From the NCBI GenBank assembly GCA_963782465.1, contig CAWAJR010000005.1, positions 321,671 to 385,670 on the forward strand: 64,000 bases of DNA, in the 5' to 3' direction. Positions within the stretch are counted from its first letter, which is position 1. Every line of letters starts with the position of its first letter. A model generated the notes under the pieces. It searched no databases and was not told where the DNA came from. It was given only the letters and a program-made list of their open reading frames with translations. Positions 1 through 11,713 of the stretch are shown piece by piece. Source of the stretch: an uncultured Actinomycetes bacterium. Its GTDB lineage: Bacteria > Actinomycetota > Acidimicrobiia > IMCC26256 > PALSA-610. The position numbers and the translations under genes were made by a program.

Positions 1-439
1 CGACTTCCCGATCGACTCGCTGCGCTGCAACGGGCCGATCGGCGACTCGTCTCGGTCAACGTCGCCGGTCACGGCGCACTGCTCGTCGCGAAGCTCCACA
101 AGCTCGGCGATCGATTCGCGACACCCGATCGCCTCGATGCCAGGGATACCGGCGACGTCTACCGGCTGTTCGATGCGGTCGGCGCCGGCGACGTGACTTC
201 CACGCTCGGCGTGCTCCTCGATGACACTCGGTCAGCAGCAACGACGGCCGAGGCGCTCGCCTACCTCACGGAGCTGTTCCGTGCGGCGGTGAGTCCAGGT
301 GTCACGCTTGCCGTAAACGTCATTGGGCTCGGTGCCCCGGCACCGACCGTGACCACGGTGCTCACCGCCTACGCGACGACTCGCCGAGCTGCTCGAGCAC
401 TTGACGGCCGCGCAGGTCGCCGCGCAGCGGCCCTATTGA
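1..439 (+). CDS. Nucleotidyltransferase-fold protein, C-terminal part (AbiEii/MNT-like); 5' end outside window, apparent frameshift near 375
   Basis: Frame 1 from base 1 reads VAGHGALLVAKLHKLGDRFATPDRLDARDTGDVYRLFDAV, resembling the helical C-terminal half of AbiEii-type NTases. The tail continues in another frame (LAELLEHLTAAQVAAQRPY) to TGA 437-439. Motif-level recognition only. Confidence 0.35.
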
Positions 440-1250
440 TCGCCGCCTCCGGGGGTCGGGGCCAGACCTCCGCAATCGTCTTCCCCATCGCGAGGTTCCG
501 TTCGCCGATGTTCGCCTCGTTCCGCGCGGCGACGTGTGGGTCGACGATGTGCTTGTTCAACGTCGGCGCGTCTGAACGGTAGGACTGCGTTTGCAGCAGC
601 GTCCTTCCGGTTGGTGCGATCGTCGAGGCTTCCTCGTCGTCCACGGCCGGTTGGAGAGGCGACGTTGAGCTTGTGTTGTTACGAGGGTGAGATTGCCGAG
701 CGTGTTTGATGTAGTGGTCCCTGGCAGCAGGCCTCGTCGTTCCCGCCGTGCCGTCATCCCAGAAGCTGCGCCACCCCTGCGGCATGACGTGCTCAATGTC
801 GAGCTTCGTTGGCAGGGTTACCGATGGTGACGATCGGTCCGCAACTCTAGTTCGACTTGCGGCGAGAATGGCTCGAAGTCGCTGCTGTTTAATGTTCCCG
901 TAGGCCTTCACGTTCAGGAGTAGGGACATGAGCGCCTCGATTCAGTCGGCCGGATGCGGCGTCGACCATCTGACTTGCAGGTAGGCGACCGTAGATCATC
1001 GCCAACGTTGGCGCCAGCGTGCTGGTCCAGCTCCTTCAGCATTGCGACGACGAGCTTGTTGACGTCCTTGATCGTATCGCACAGCAAGATTCAGCAAACG
1101 ACCCAGCTCTCCATCGCCGACAGTGCCGCGTCGCGCTGCGGGACGGGATGAGGTACTCCGCTGATCAGCAGGAGAAGCAGGGGCGTGAAGGCGCCGAGCT
1201 CTAACGCCTGGACAACCGCGTGTCCGAACTTGCCGCGCTGACCGGGAGAT
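369..1250 (-). pseudogene. GmrSD-like (DUF262/DUF1524) endonuclease remnant; N-terminal DUF262 half missing, several frame breaks
   Basis: DUF1524 His-Me finger motifs are split over two frames: LDIEHVMPQGW (ORF 369-929) and GNLTLVTTQAQRRLSNRPW (ORF 557-796). Upstream minus-strand remnants (AMESWVV-stop-ILLCDTIKDVNKLVVAMLKEL) resemble the middle region. Similarity stops about 30 bp from the divergent hsdR start. Confidence 0.6.
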
Positions 1251-1280
1251 CGAACTGTGCGAAGTCGTGAAAGGTGTCAC

Positions 1281-3676
1281 GTGGCGGTGACCAACAAGAA
1301 GGCGTTGAGCGAGTCCGATATCTGCGATCGCTACATCACGCCTGCGCTCACCAAGGCAGGCTGGGAGACGAACCGGTGGCGCCGCGAGTACGGCTTCACC
1401 GACGGCAAGATCATCGTCCGCGGGAAGCTCGTCGCACGAGCCAAGCGCAAGCGCGTCGACTACCTGCTGTTCCACAAGCCGAACCTGCCGATCGCGCTGA
1501 TCGAGGCGAAGGACAACAACCACTCGGTCGGCTCGGGGATGCAGCAGGCTCTCGCCTACGCCGACACGCTCGACATCCCGTTCGTGTTCAGCTCAACGGG
1601 GACGGGTTCCTGTTCCACGACCGAACCGGCACCTTCGACGCGATCGAGCGCACCCTGAAGCTGGACGAGTTCCCGTCACCCGACCATTCTGGACGCACTA
1701 CCAGGCTTGGAAGGGCCTCGACAGACGCCGACGAAGGTTGGTCACCAGCCCGAACCACGCCGAACCAGGCGGCAAGGAACCGCGCTACTACCAGCAGCTC
1801 GCGATCAACCGCACGGTCGAGGCCGTCGCGAGGGGCCAGAAGCGGCTGCTCCTTGTCATGGCGACCGGTACCGGCAAGACGTACACGGCATTCAACATCA
1901 TCTGGCGACTCTGGAAGAACAAGACCGTCAAGCGAGTGCTGTTCCTCGCCGATCGCAACGTGCTTGTCGACCAGACGATCCAGAACGACTTCCGACCCTT
2001 CGGCGGGGTCATGAAGAAGCTCAACCGCGGCCTGGTCGACGAGCGCGGACGTATCGATACCTCCTACGAGGTCTACCTCGGTCTCTACCAGGCGATCATG
2101 GGCACGGAGGAGAAGGAACCGATCTACGACAAGTTCCCGCCCGACTTCTTCGACCTCATCGTGATCGACGAGTGCCATCGCGGCAGCGCAGCAGACGACT
2201 CCGCATGGCGGGAGGTGCTCGACTACTTCGACTCGGCGATCCAGCTCGGCATGACCGCCACGCCGAAGGAGACCAAGTACGTCTCGAACATCCACTACTT
2301 CGGCCAGCCCGTGTACACGTACTCACTCAAGCAGGGCATCGAGGACGGCTTCCTCGCCCCATACAAGGTGGTCCGGGTCGACCTCGACCACGATCTGCTC
2401 GGGTGGCGGCCGGAGCACGGCCAGATCGACGACGCCGGCGAGCTCATCGAGGACCGCATCTACAACCAGAGGGACTTCGATCGCGACATCGTCTTCCCCG
2501 AGCGCGACAAGGTCGTCGCAGAGCGGATCAGCTCGTTCCTGCACGGCACCGACCCGATGAACAAGACCATCGTGTTCTGCCAGAGCATCGACCACGCCGA
2601 ACGGATGCGGCAGGCCCTCGTCAACGTCCCGGAGAACGCGCCGCTGGTCCAGGCCGACCACCGCTACGTCATGCGCATCACCGGCGACAACGACGAGGGC
2701 AAGGCGCAGCTCGACAACTTCATCGACCCCAAGCGCCCCTATCCGGTCATCGCCACGACTTCGAAGCTGATGACCACCGGGGTCGACGCCCAGACCTGCC
2801 ACGTGATCGTCCTCGACCAGCGAATCCAGTCCCTCACCGAGTTCAAGCAGATCATCGGCCGGGGCACGCGGCTGCGGCCCGACTACGGCAAGTACTTCTT
2901 CACGATCATCGACTTCCGAAAGGCGACCGAACTGTTCGCCGACCCCGACTGGGACGGCCCGCCGATCCAGATCTATGAGGTGCCCGAGGACGACGACGAC
3001 GTCACCCCACCCGATCCGACGCTCGACGACGAGCCGATCGATGACGAAATCGACGAGGTACTCGATGACCCCGATCACGTCGTCGACGCCGCCGAGCGAC
3101 GAGGACGACGACCGGCACGTATACGTCGTGAGCGGTGTGAGGTTCACCGTCCTGGCTGAGCGGGTCCAGTACTACGACCGCGACGGCAGGCTCATCACCG
3201 AGTCGCTGACGGACTACACCCGCCGCACCGTCAGGAAGAGTTCGCCACCCTCGACGAGTTCCTCAAGCGGTGGAAGACCGCCGACCGCAAGGAGGCAATC
3301 ATCGACGAACTGCAGGAGCGGGCGTGCTCCTCGAAGCGCTCGAGGACGCGGCCGGCCGGAGACCTCGACCCGTTCGACCTGATCTGCCACGTCGCCTTCG
3401 ACCGGCCCGCGCTCACGCGCCAGGAGCGAGCCGACAACGTCCGCAAGCGTGACGTCTTCACCAAGTACGGCGATCAGGCCCGCGAGGTCCTCGCCGCGCT
3501 TACTCGACAAGTACGCGGACCAGGGCCTCGACTCGATCGGCGAGATCGAGGTGCTCAAGCTCGATCCGTTCCCCGCACTTGGCACACCAGTCGAGCTGGT
3601 CCGGAGGTTCGGCGGACGCGACCAGTACCTCGCCGCACTCCGCGAGATCGACGCCGCCCTCTACGAACCCGCCTGA
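1281..3676 (+). pseudogene. hsdR: Type I restriction enzyme R subunit (HsdR), multiply frameshifted as assembled
   Basis: N-terminal KKALSESDICDRYITPALTKAGW. Helicase motifs [35 protein letters not shown]-terminal LKLDPFPALGTPVELVRRFGG ends at 3676. Pieces: ORFs 1257-1658, 1274-2014, 1738-3159, 2975-3382, 3449-3676. Two inspected shifts are homopolymer contractions (AA at 1595-1596, TT at 1687-1688). Confidence 0.85.
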
Positions 3677-3688
3677 CCCGGAGCACCC

Positions 3689-5152
3689 GTGTCCCTCTCC
3701 ACCACGATCAAGTCCATCCAAGACATCATGCGCAAGGACGCCGGCGTCGACGGCGACGCGCAGCGCATCGGCCAGCTCGGTTGGATGCTGTTCTTCAAGA
3801 TCTCAGTGACCTTGAGATCGAGACCGAGCTCGAGGACGACAACTACGAATCGCCCGTCCCGCCCGAACTGCGTTGGGATGCATGGGCGAACGAGGATCTC
3901 GGTGCGGCACGCGCCCACCGGCGACGACCTCCTCGAGCTTGATCGACAACTCGCTGTTCCCGGCGCTGAAGGACCTCGACGTCGCCGAGTTCACCGGCAA
4001 GTCCCGCCACGAGCCGACCTGCTGCGAAGCGTGTTCGAGGACGCCTACAACTACATGAAGTCCGGCACGTTGATGCGCCAGGTGATCAACAAGATCAACC
4101 ACGACATCGACTTCAACGAGTCGACCACCCGCCACACCTTCGGCGACATCTACGAGCAGATCCTCAAGGACCTGCAGGGCGCCGGCAACGCAGGCGAGTA
4201 CTACACACCGCGCGCCGCCACCCAGTTCGCCGTCGACATGGTCGACCCGCAGTTCGGCGAAACCGTGCTCGACCCGGCATGCGGCACCGGCGGTTTCCTC
4301 ACCTGCGCCTACGAGAACATGCGCCAGCACAGGCCAGACACCGCCGCCAAGCTCGCAAGCTGAAGACACAGCATCCGCGGCGTCGAGAAGAAAGCCGCTC
4401 CCCCACCTGCTGTGCGTCACGAACCTGATGGTCCACGGCATCGAGGTGCCCAGCGGATCCGCCACGGCAACACCCTGGCCCGACCGCTGCGCGACTACGG
4501 ACCCGAGGACGAGGTCGACGTCATCGTCACCAACCCGCCGTTCGGCGGGATGGAGGAAGACGGAATCGAGAACAACTTCCCCACCGAGTTCCGTACCCGC
4601 GAGACCGCCGACCTGTTCCTCGTGCTGGTCATGGAGCTGCTCAAGGACGGCGGGCGCGCGGCGATCGTCCTGCCGGACGGCACCCTGTTCGGCGAAGGCA
4701 TCAAGACCCGCATCAAGCAGCAGCTGCTGGAGGAGTGCAACCTGCACACCATCGTCCGGCTGCCCAAGGGCGTGTTCGCGCCGTACACGACGATCAAGAC
4801 CAACATCTTGTTCTTCACCAAGGGCGAGCCGACCGAGGACGTCTGGTTCTACGAGCACCCATACCCCGACGGCTACAAGAACTACTCCAAGACCAAGCCC
4901 ATGCGGATCGAGGAGTTCGAGCCCGAGAAGGCATGGTGGACAGCGCGAGGAGACCGAGCGGGCCTGGAAGGTCACTGCCGAGGAGATCGCCGCGGGCGGC
5001 TACAACCTCGACATCGCCAATCCAAACGTGGTCGACGACGACCACGAGGACCCAGACGTGCTGCTCGCCCGGTACACCGAAGCGACGCCGAAGTCGAAGC
5101 AGCCCGCGAAGCGCTGCGCGCAAGTCTCGCCGAAGCGCTGACCCGCGACTGA
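3689..5152 (+). pseudogene. hsdM: Type I R-M methyltransferase subunit (HsdM), multiply frameshifted as assembled
   Basis: N-terminal IKSIQDIMRKDAGVDGDAQRIGQLGWMLFFKI, SAM loop VLDPACGTGGFL, catalytic VIVTNPPFGG. Pieces: ORFs 3689-4363, 3873-4058, 4412-5152, 4428-5141. Starts 12 bp after the hsdR stop. Confidence 0.85.
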
Positions 5153-5281
5153 TGGACGCGGATACTTCCTCGACAACTTCGGATGGAACAGAGCCGCGGC
5201 TCAACTTGCGGGCGTGACGCACGTGCTCGTCAGCGTCTAACTCCGTCTGCACCTCCATCTCGGCTCCGATCGAGCTGCTGT

Positions 5282-8262
5282 TCACAGTTCGATGCCGAGG
5301 TCATGCTCCAGCTCACGGTCGAGTCCTCGCTCGGCGACACGCCCGAGGCGAGAGGCGATGTCGATCTGTCGGTCAAGCGTCGCGAGTAGGACGAGTTCAG
5401 CATGGTTCTCGTGCTCCCACGACAGCGCGGGTGAGGACCTCGGGCGTGACGTTCGCCGAGCGCGCGGTCGAGTTGGCGGAGCTTTTCTCGTGGCTGTTGA
5501 TCTCGACTTCGAAGCGCTCGATGCGGTCCTCGATCTCGTGGCGTTTCACGCGGTGCGTGCGCCGACCGATCGGACCGAGCTCGTCGAGTTCCTTTTGCGC
5601 GACGTCGCGCCGCCAATGCGCCTCGCTGAGGTACCGCTCCTCTTGTTGGTGCCGGTGCTCAACCCGCGGAACTCCCGGCCGCGGTCCGGTGGTCCGTCGC
5701 CAATTCGTCGACGCAGGACGTCGCACTCGTGACGCATCGAGTTGAGCGCTGTCGATCTCGGATCGACTTGGTCGAGCGCAAGACGCTGCCCTGCGGAACG
5801 GGCCACGACTGAACGCAGCGAATCGAGCGCATCGAGTCCCACTTCGGTGGCGTGGCGCTCGTCGATGCGGTGATCGTTCTCGGCGATGAAGACATCGTTG
5901 CCTCTACGCCCACGACAGGGCGGTGTACGCGTGCTCGCGCGCACCGGTCTCGTCGAGGAGCACGAGGCAGCGATCCACGGTCGCGCCTTGCGCCTTGTGG
6001 ATCGTGGTGGCGTAGCCGTGCGTCAGATGCCCAGCCTCGACGTACTCGAACGGAACCACGAACCGTTCTCCGTCGTCACAGTGGACAGTGAGGGTCCTCG
6101 CGCCACGTCGATCTGGTCGATCAATGCCGCGCGTGCCGTTGAGCAGTCCGACTCGGTAGTCGTTGCGCAAGGCGAGAACGTCGTCGCCCTCCGCGAAGCC
6201 TCGGCCCGCGAGCAGCACCCTGTCATCGCCGAGGTATCCCTCGAGTCGCAGGATGACCCGGGCGCGCCGGTTGAGATCGTCGACGTCTGCGAGACGCGGG
6301 GCAACCATGAGGACGTTCTCGCCTTCGACCCGCGCGTTCATCCATTCCTCGATCAACTGCTCACGCACTTCGCTTTCGCTCGACGCGACGTGAACGCGGT
6401 CGTGCGCGACATAGGAGTCAATCGCTTGATCGGAGTCGCCACGTCGGAGTTCGGCGAGCGCATTGCGTTCCCACGCGTCGACTTGGCGTCGGTTGTCGGT
6501 CAGGACGCTCGCACCGAGTCCGCGCGGAGTCCGCGGAACGCGCCCCCGGCGTCGATCTCGGGAAGTTGGCATGGGTCGCCGACGAGCACGACCTTCGCTC
6601 CAACGGCGTCAGCGCGTTCGACGAGACGGGAGAGTTTGCGGGTGCCAACCATCGCAGCCTCATCGACTACCAGCACGGTGGTGCCCGGCGCCGTCGTCGG
6701 TGCATTCGAGGCGGCCGAGCAAACGGTCGATAGTCCACGACGGGATGCCGGCGTCGTTCTGTAGTTGCTTGGCGGCGCGGGCCGCGAGCGAGCAGCCGAT
6801 CACCCGGTAGCCAGACGCCTCCCACGCTTCGCGCGCCGCGGCGAGGGCGAAGGTCTTGCCGGCGCCGGCGACTCCCTCGACGATCTCGATCCCGTCGCCG
6901 GATGAGCAGATTGCTCGGACCATGCGCGTTGCTCGTCCGACATAGGGGCGCGCGGCAATCGCGTTCTCGATCGCGTCCGGGGCGGCGATGCCGCACGATG
7001 TGGCCGGCGGCAGAGCGCCGTGTCGACCAGCCCCATCTCCAGCTCGAGCATCTCCGGTGTCGTCCACGGTTCTCGTCGGTCCGAGCCGCCACAACTGTCC
7101 CGTCCTGGAGGCGGATCGTTGCGGCGGCAGGATCGGCTCGCACGACGAGGACGTGTTGGGACGTGACGAACCCGTCGACGACGTCGAGGACCTGATCAAC
7201 CGGGCCACCGCCGGGCAGGGCGTTGCACACGGCCTTGATGACATCGCGTTCGCCGAACGTGCTGGCTCTCGCCGTGAGTCCGTTCGCGCTTGCCAGCCAT
7301 CGGTACAGATTCTCCGCCTCTGGACTTCCCGGCCTCGGCGGGTCCACCACCGGGAGCCGGCCGAGCGTGGCGGCCAGAGCTTTCGAGTCGAGGCCGTTTG
7401 CGTCCGCGCGCGTTCGCCACCCCGGTAGCAGTCCTTCGACGTCGACGCCGTCGTCCTTTGCTCGGCGGGTGGCGTACGCGGCGAACTGCGCGGCGCGCGC
7501 GCTGTGCTGACCGTGCTCCTCGAGGTGGGCCTCGATCTCTTTGCGGCGAGTGGAGAATTCCCCGATCGCGGCGCGCGGGATGCCGGCGATGTCGGCAATC
7601 CCGTTGCGCACCGGTCCCCAGTCCACGCCGAGGCGGCGGGTGAGCTCCCATCGCAGCTGTGCCTCGTAGAGATGCCCGACGGGCGAGAGCCATGAATACA
7701 GCGGTCGCGCGTCGAGCGCGGTCCACCGATCGTCGTGCGCGCGTGGGCGAGGTTCGCGAGCACGACGTGGGTGTGCAGGTGAGGGTCCGCGGCCCGCGAC
7801 GTGCGATGCCGAAACGCCGCGGCCACGAACCCGTCAGCGTCAAGAACCGTGTGCCCGCCTTTGCCCTCGCCGTACACGGCACGCGGCGCGCTCCAACACC
7901 GCCAACGACGCGGTCACCGCCGCGTCGGCCGCGTTGCGGACCTCGTTCGACACCTCGGGCTCGCTGAGCGCGAAGAGCAGCGACACGGACTTCGGAGCAG
8001 AAAACGTGACATCGAAGCCCGCGACGACGGGCACCGACCGCGACGCAGTCAGTCGATCGCTGCCGTCGGGATGGACGTGGTCGAGCACGCGACCCAACGC
8101 ATCGGCGTCGACATCGCCATCGAGCCCGAGCAGCGCCGAGGCGCGGCCCACCCACTGGCCGGGCGCCTCCTTCGCGCCCGTGTAGTACTCCTCCGCGCCC
8201 TTCGCGACTGTGTCGAGGTAGTACTGCTGCTGGCCGGGCGCGAGCTTCCCGAGGCTCAACAC
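5282..8262 (-). pseudogene. MobF-family relaxase / RecD-like helicase (TrwC/TraA-type), multiply frameshifted
   Basis: N-terminal VLSLGKLAPGQQQYYLDTVAKGAEEYYTG and FDVTFSAPKSVS. Histidine triad AAFRHRTSRAADPHLHTHVVLAN. Walker A VEGVAGAGKTFAL. C-terminal ATTIHKAQGATVD. Pieces: ORFs 7840-8370, 6660-7877, 6667-7626, 5904-6572, 5397-5726. Tail ...LGIEL ends at TGA 5282-5284. Confidence 0.8.
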
Positions 8263-8338
8263 TGGCCGACCGCCCACGTAGTTCGGCGGCGGACGGCCCG
8301 GCACGCACCGGCAGGTGCAAGTGCGTCGACGTTCTTGG

Positions 8339-8710
8339 TCAGGTCGCGGTGAGGGAGTGGGCTGGCGCATGGACCGCGTTCAGAAGGGGAGCGTCGTCTG
8401 GTCGGACGTGACGCGGCGGATGCGACGCGTTGAGCGGAGGCGAGGAGGTTGCGACGGTCGGGTGCTCGTGGAACGCCGTTGGCGCCGGGACGCTCGTCGT
8501 CAGCGGCGGCCAGAGGATCGGAAAGCCCAACCACCGCTCGAGCTCGGCCCGGTAGATGAGGATCAGTCGGCCGATCCGGTGGCAGGGGATGCCCTCGTTG
8601 CCGTCGGTCGCAAGGAAGAGCCGGCATTGGGCGTAGGCGGTCTGCCGGCCGACGCCAACGACCGTTGCCATCTGTTCCACCGACAGCACGTCCTTCGACC
8701 GTCGAGGCAT
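8339..8710 (-). CDS. Excisionase/MerR-type HTH (HTH_17-like) DNA-binding protein
   Basis: VLSVEQMATVVGVGRQTAYAQCRLFLATDGNEGIPCHRIGRLILIYRAELERWLG is a typical excisionase-family HTH. It lies directly upstream of the relaxase on the same strand. Alternative start at 8767. The Pro-rich tail may be a frame artefact. Confidence 0.55.
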   Translation of the reverse strand: MPRRSKDVLSVEQMATVVGVGRQTAYAQCRLFLATDGNEGIPCHRIGRLILIYRAELERWLGFPILWPPLTTSVPAPTAFHEHPTVATSSPPLNASHPPRHVRPDDAPLLNAVHAPAHSLTAT

Positions 8711-8821
8711 ACTCCCCCATATCGCAGATAATTCAACGATCTTGCAGAGTACGCCCGGCCGCGGCATGATGCAACACGATTCGTTGATTACTCTACGAAC
8801 TCGCTCACTGCGGAGGAGCGC
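8711..8821. promoter_or_regulatory. Relatively AT-rich divergent intergenic region between the two HTH genes (probable promoters)
   Basis: Locally lower GC. Plus strand has TTGCAG-17nt-CATGAT, and a strong GGAGGAG RBS at 8812-8818 before ATG 8822. Confidence 0.25.
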
Positions 8822-9498
8822 ATGCCGAGGCTCAAGAACCTGTTCCGCCGGACCTACTCCCCGAACCAGATCGTGGCGCTGAACGTCGCCCGAGCCAGAG
8901 CGATCCGCGGGATGGACTCAGGAACAAGCGTCCGAACGCGCTCGCCCCCTACCTCGGAACCCGCTGGTCGAACGCGAGCTTCTCCGCGGTCGAGCGCTCG
9001 ATCGGTGGCACGAGGGTGAAGCAGTTCAGCGCCGATGAGCTCGTCGCGCTCGCCCGCGGGTTCGACCTGCCGCTCGGCTGGTTCTTCCTGCCCCCGCCTC
9101 CCGAGGAGGACGCCGGGCTGCATTCGAAGGAGGCGAGCGGTCGTGGCGTCGACATGGGCGTGCTGCTCGACATCGTGCTCGGCACGCCCGTGAGCACGCC
9201 TCCGTGGCGCGACGCGCTGCTCGCGTACGCGGCGGCAACCGCGAAGGAGGAAGCCGAAGGGAGCGGCACCGGCGCCGCGGGCTATGGCACCGTGGAGCAG
9301 CGCCTCGACGCCCTCGCCGAGCTGCGAGCGGCCAGTGAGCTGCGCCAGGCCTTCGGGGACGTGGCGGAAGCACGAGACGTCCTCCTCCGGCTCGCCGCGA
9401 AGCTCGACCGCCTCGACGGTCCCGCGACCGCCACCCCGTCACACGAGCCGGCACGAACTGGCACCAAGTCCAAGGGCGTCCGCCGCTCGAAGCGCTGA
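8822..9498 (+). pseudogene. XRE-family HTH regulator upstream of integrase, two apparent frameshifts (about 8910 and 8940)
   Basis: Joined reading: YSPNQIVALNVARARAIRGWTQEQASER / LAPYLGTRWSNASFSAVERSIGGTRVKQFSADELVALARGFDLPLGWFFLPP. Pieces: ORFs 8822-9019 and 9016-9498. Confidence 0.45.
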
Positions 9499-9530
9499 AC
9501 CGGTCGGCACGAACCGACACGAAGGAGCCC

Positions 9531-10699
9531 GTGATGCGAGGTCACGTTGCCAAGAAGGGCAACCGCTACTACGCCGTCATCTACGAAGGCATCGATCCGG
9601 CCACGGGACGGCAACGGCACCGCTGGTACGCCGGCGGCGCCACCCGCAAGGAAGCCGAGAAGCTCCTCGCCGAGATGGTGAAGCGCAACCACGACGGCGA
9701 CTACCGCGCGCCCGAACGCATCACCCTCGGCGACCTACCTCGAGGAGCGATGGCTGCCCACGAAGCGCTCGCAGCTGCGGCACTCGACGTGGGACTCGTA
9801 CCGGCGCAACGTCGAGATCCACGTCAAGCCGCGCATCGGCAACATCCCGCTGCAGCGGCTCACACCCGAGGACCTCGACGCGTTCTACGCCGCGCTGCTC
9901 GTCGACGGTCGCCGCAACGGCGCCGGCGGCGGGTTGTCACCGCGCTCGGTGCGGATCATCCACGGGATGCTGCGCAAGGCACTCGCCGACGCGTGCCGCA
10001 AAGGCACGGTGCTCCGCAACGTGGCCGACCTCGCCGACCCACCCAAGCCGAGCGCGCTACGGCAAGAAGGAGATGCGGATCTGGACCGCTGCGCAGCTCC
10101 GACAGTTCCTCGAAGAGATCGATGACCATCGACTCGCGCCGGCGTTCTTCGTCGCGGCGAACACCGGAATGCGCCGCGGCGAAGTGCTCGGGCTCCGGTG
10201 GGACGACGTCGACCTCGAAGCCGCGCGCATCTCCGTGCGCCACGCGGTGCTCAACGTCGCGTACGAGCTCGTGCTCGCCGACGTGAAGACCAAGACGAGC
10301 CGGCGCACGATCGACCTCGACCCGCGCACCGTTGCCGTGCTGCGCGCGTGGCGGAAGACGCAGCTCGAGGAACGACTCGCCCTCGGCCATCGGCCCGACG
10401 ACATCGACATCGTGTTCAGCGCGCTCGAAGGCGGCCCGACGCATCCCGACCTGTTCAGCCAGACCTTCGACCGCGCCGTCGCCAAGTCAACGCTGCCGCG
10501 CATCCGGCTGCACGACCTGCGGCACACGCACGCGTCGATCCTGTTGAAGGCCGGCGTGCCGGTGAAGGTCGTCAGCGAACGCCTCGGCCACAGCAGCCCC
10601 GCGTTCACGATGACGGTGTACCAGCACGTCCTGCCCGGCATGCAGGCCGACGCCGCGGCTGATGTTCAGCGACGCAGTGTTCGGCGGCGCGCGCCCGTA
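9531..10699 (+). pseudogene. int: Tyrosine recombinase / phage-type integrase, at least 3 apparent frameshifts
   Basis: Arm-binding N-terminus GHVAKKGNRYYAVIYEGIDPATGRQRHRWYAG. Catalytic region NTGMRRGEVLGLRW, RLHDLRHTHASILL, LGHSSPAFTMTVYQHV (Tyr nucleophile). Pieces: ORFs 9531-10286, 9934-10125, 9284-10783. Likely C-terminus FSDAVFGGARP ends at TAA about 10697-10699. Confidence 0.85.
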
Positions 10700-10729
10700 A
10701 CGTGTCATGCGAAGTGGGCTGTGGCGGCA

Positions 10730-11713
10730 TCACAGCCGATGCGAGTAAGCGTTGTTGACCGTCCATTGTCCTGTACGCCGTGAGCCCAAGAACTCGATCG
10801 CGACCACCTCAGCGGAAGCTCGTACAGAAAGGTCCTTCAAGGCGAGTCCCGCTCGCGGCCCTGCTTGCCACACTCCGGCACAGAGATCCTTGAGTTCGTT
10901 CACGACGGTCGCTGTTGGCAATCGGCTGCTGCGGTTTGGCGTGAGCACCGCGAGGCTGCCGTCGGTCCAGGTCGCGTAGACCGCTGGCTCGTGCGCATGC
11001 CCACTCCCGTGATGCGGCACCTTGACCAGCCGCTGCGGGCTCAGCAAGCCGAGCCGTTCTCTCATGCTGCGCGAGGAGGGCACTCCAGCCAAGGGCTTCA
11101 TGGCGATCCATGTCAGCGCCAAAGAGAGCCGTCGCGGCGCCCGCCCTGAGCCAAAGCACAATCGACGTGTAGTTCTCGCGGAGAATGCCCGTGCCGCAGC
11201 CGCCGCCGCCGGTGCCGTCGCTTTGTGAGCAGCAAGCTGGGCAGCCGCGAGCGGAGCGAGCGCCGACAGCTCAGGGGGCTCGGTGTTGACGAAACTGTCG
11301 ACAGCCATCGGTCGGAAACGCCCGGTGTCCATGGCCAGTCGGAATGCGTTGGCGATCTCCTGCAGCTTGTCTGAACGCGGCGGCTCTTCCGACAAGAGAC
11401 GCTCAAGGACGCGGTTCCAGTGCTCCTCTGGAACCGCTGCAGGCATGGAGAACGTCGCTCGCGGGCAACGCACGAGGAGGTCGTCGATTCCGTCGCTGTG
11501 ATCCGCGTGCAGATGCGACAGGATCACCGCGGCGACGTCGGTCTCGGGACGAACGCCGCGCCCGTTCAAGTAATCAATGGCGGCGGGATTGCCGGAACCG
11601 GGCGTCCGGAACGAGTCCACGATGACCCAGTCGCCTGGACGTAGGCACACAAGAATGCTCTCGCCGATGCCCTTGCCCAGCACGACAACCTCGACGACGT
11701 CATCAGTCGACAC
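10730..11713 (-). CDS. ComEC-type metallo-beta-lactamase-fold hydrolase (soluble, no TM domain); ORF is open but a central segment reads better in another frame
   Basis: HLHADHSDG (HxHxDH, 11515-11498) and LVKVPHHGSGH (ComEC-like C-terminal His motif). Alternate-frame ORF 10809-11159 gives ENYTSIVLWLRAGAATALFGADMD..GWSALL, the expected middle strands, so two compensating shifts are likely. The GTG start overlaps the upstream gene's stop by 11 nt. Confidence 0.7.
   Translation of the reverse strand: MSTDDVVEVVVLGKGIGESILVCLRPGDWVIVDSFRTPGSGNPAAIDYLNGRGVRPETDVAAVILSHLHADHSDGIDDLLVRCPRATFSMPAAVPEEHWNRVLERLLSEEPPRSDKLQEIANAFRLAMDTGRFRPMAVDSFVNTEPPELSALAPLAAAQLAAHKATAPAAAAAARAFSARTTRRLCFGSGRAPRRLSLALTWIAMKPLAGVPSSRSMRERLGLLSPQRLVKVPHHGSGHAHEPAVYATWTDGSLAVLTPNRSSRLPTATVVNELKDLCAGVWQAGPRAGLALKDLSVRASAEVVAIEFLGSRRTGQWTVNNAYSHRL

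Noticed and set aside
5153-5290. HsdS gene or remnant after hsdM
   Set aside because: Only about 130 bp are available. No frame shows a TRD or conserved-helix-like sequence. The short reading MDADTSSTTSDGTEPRLNLRA has no HsdS character.
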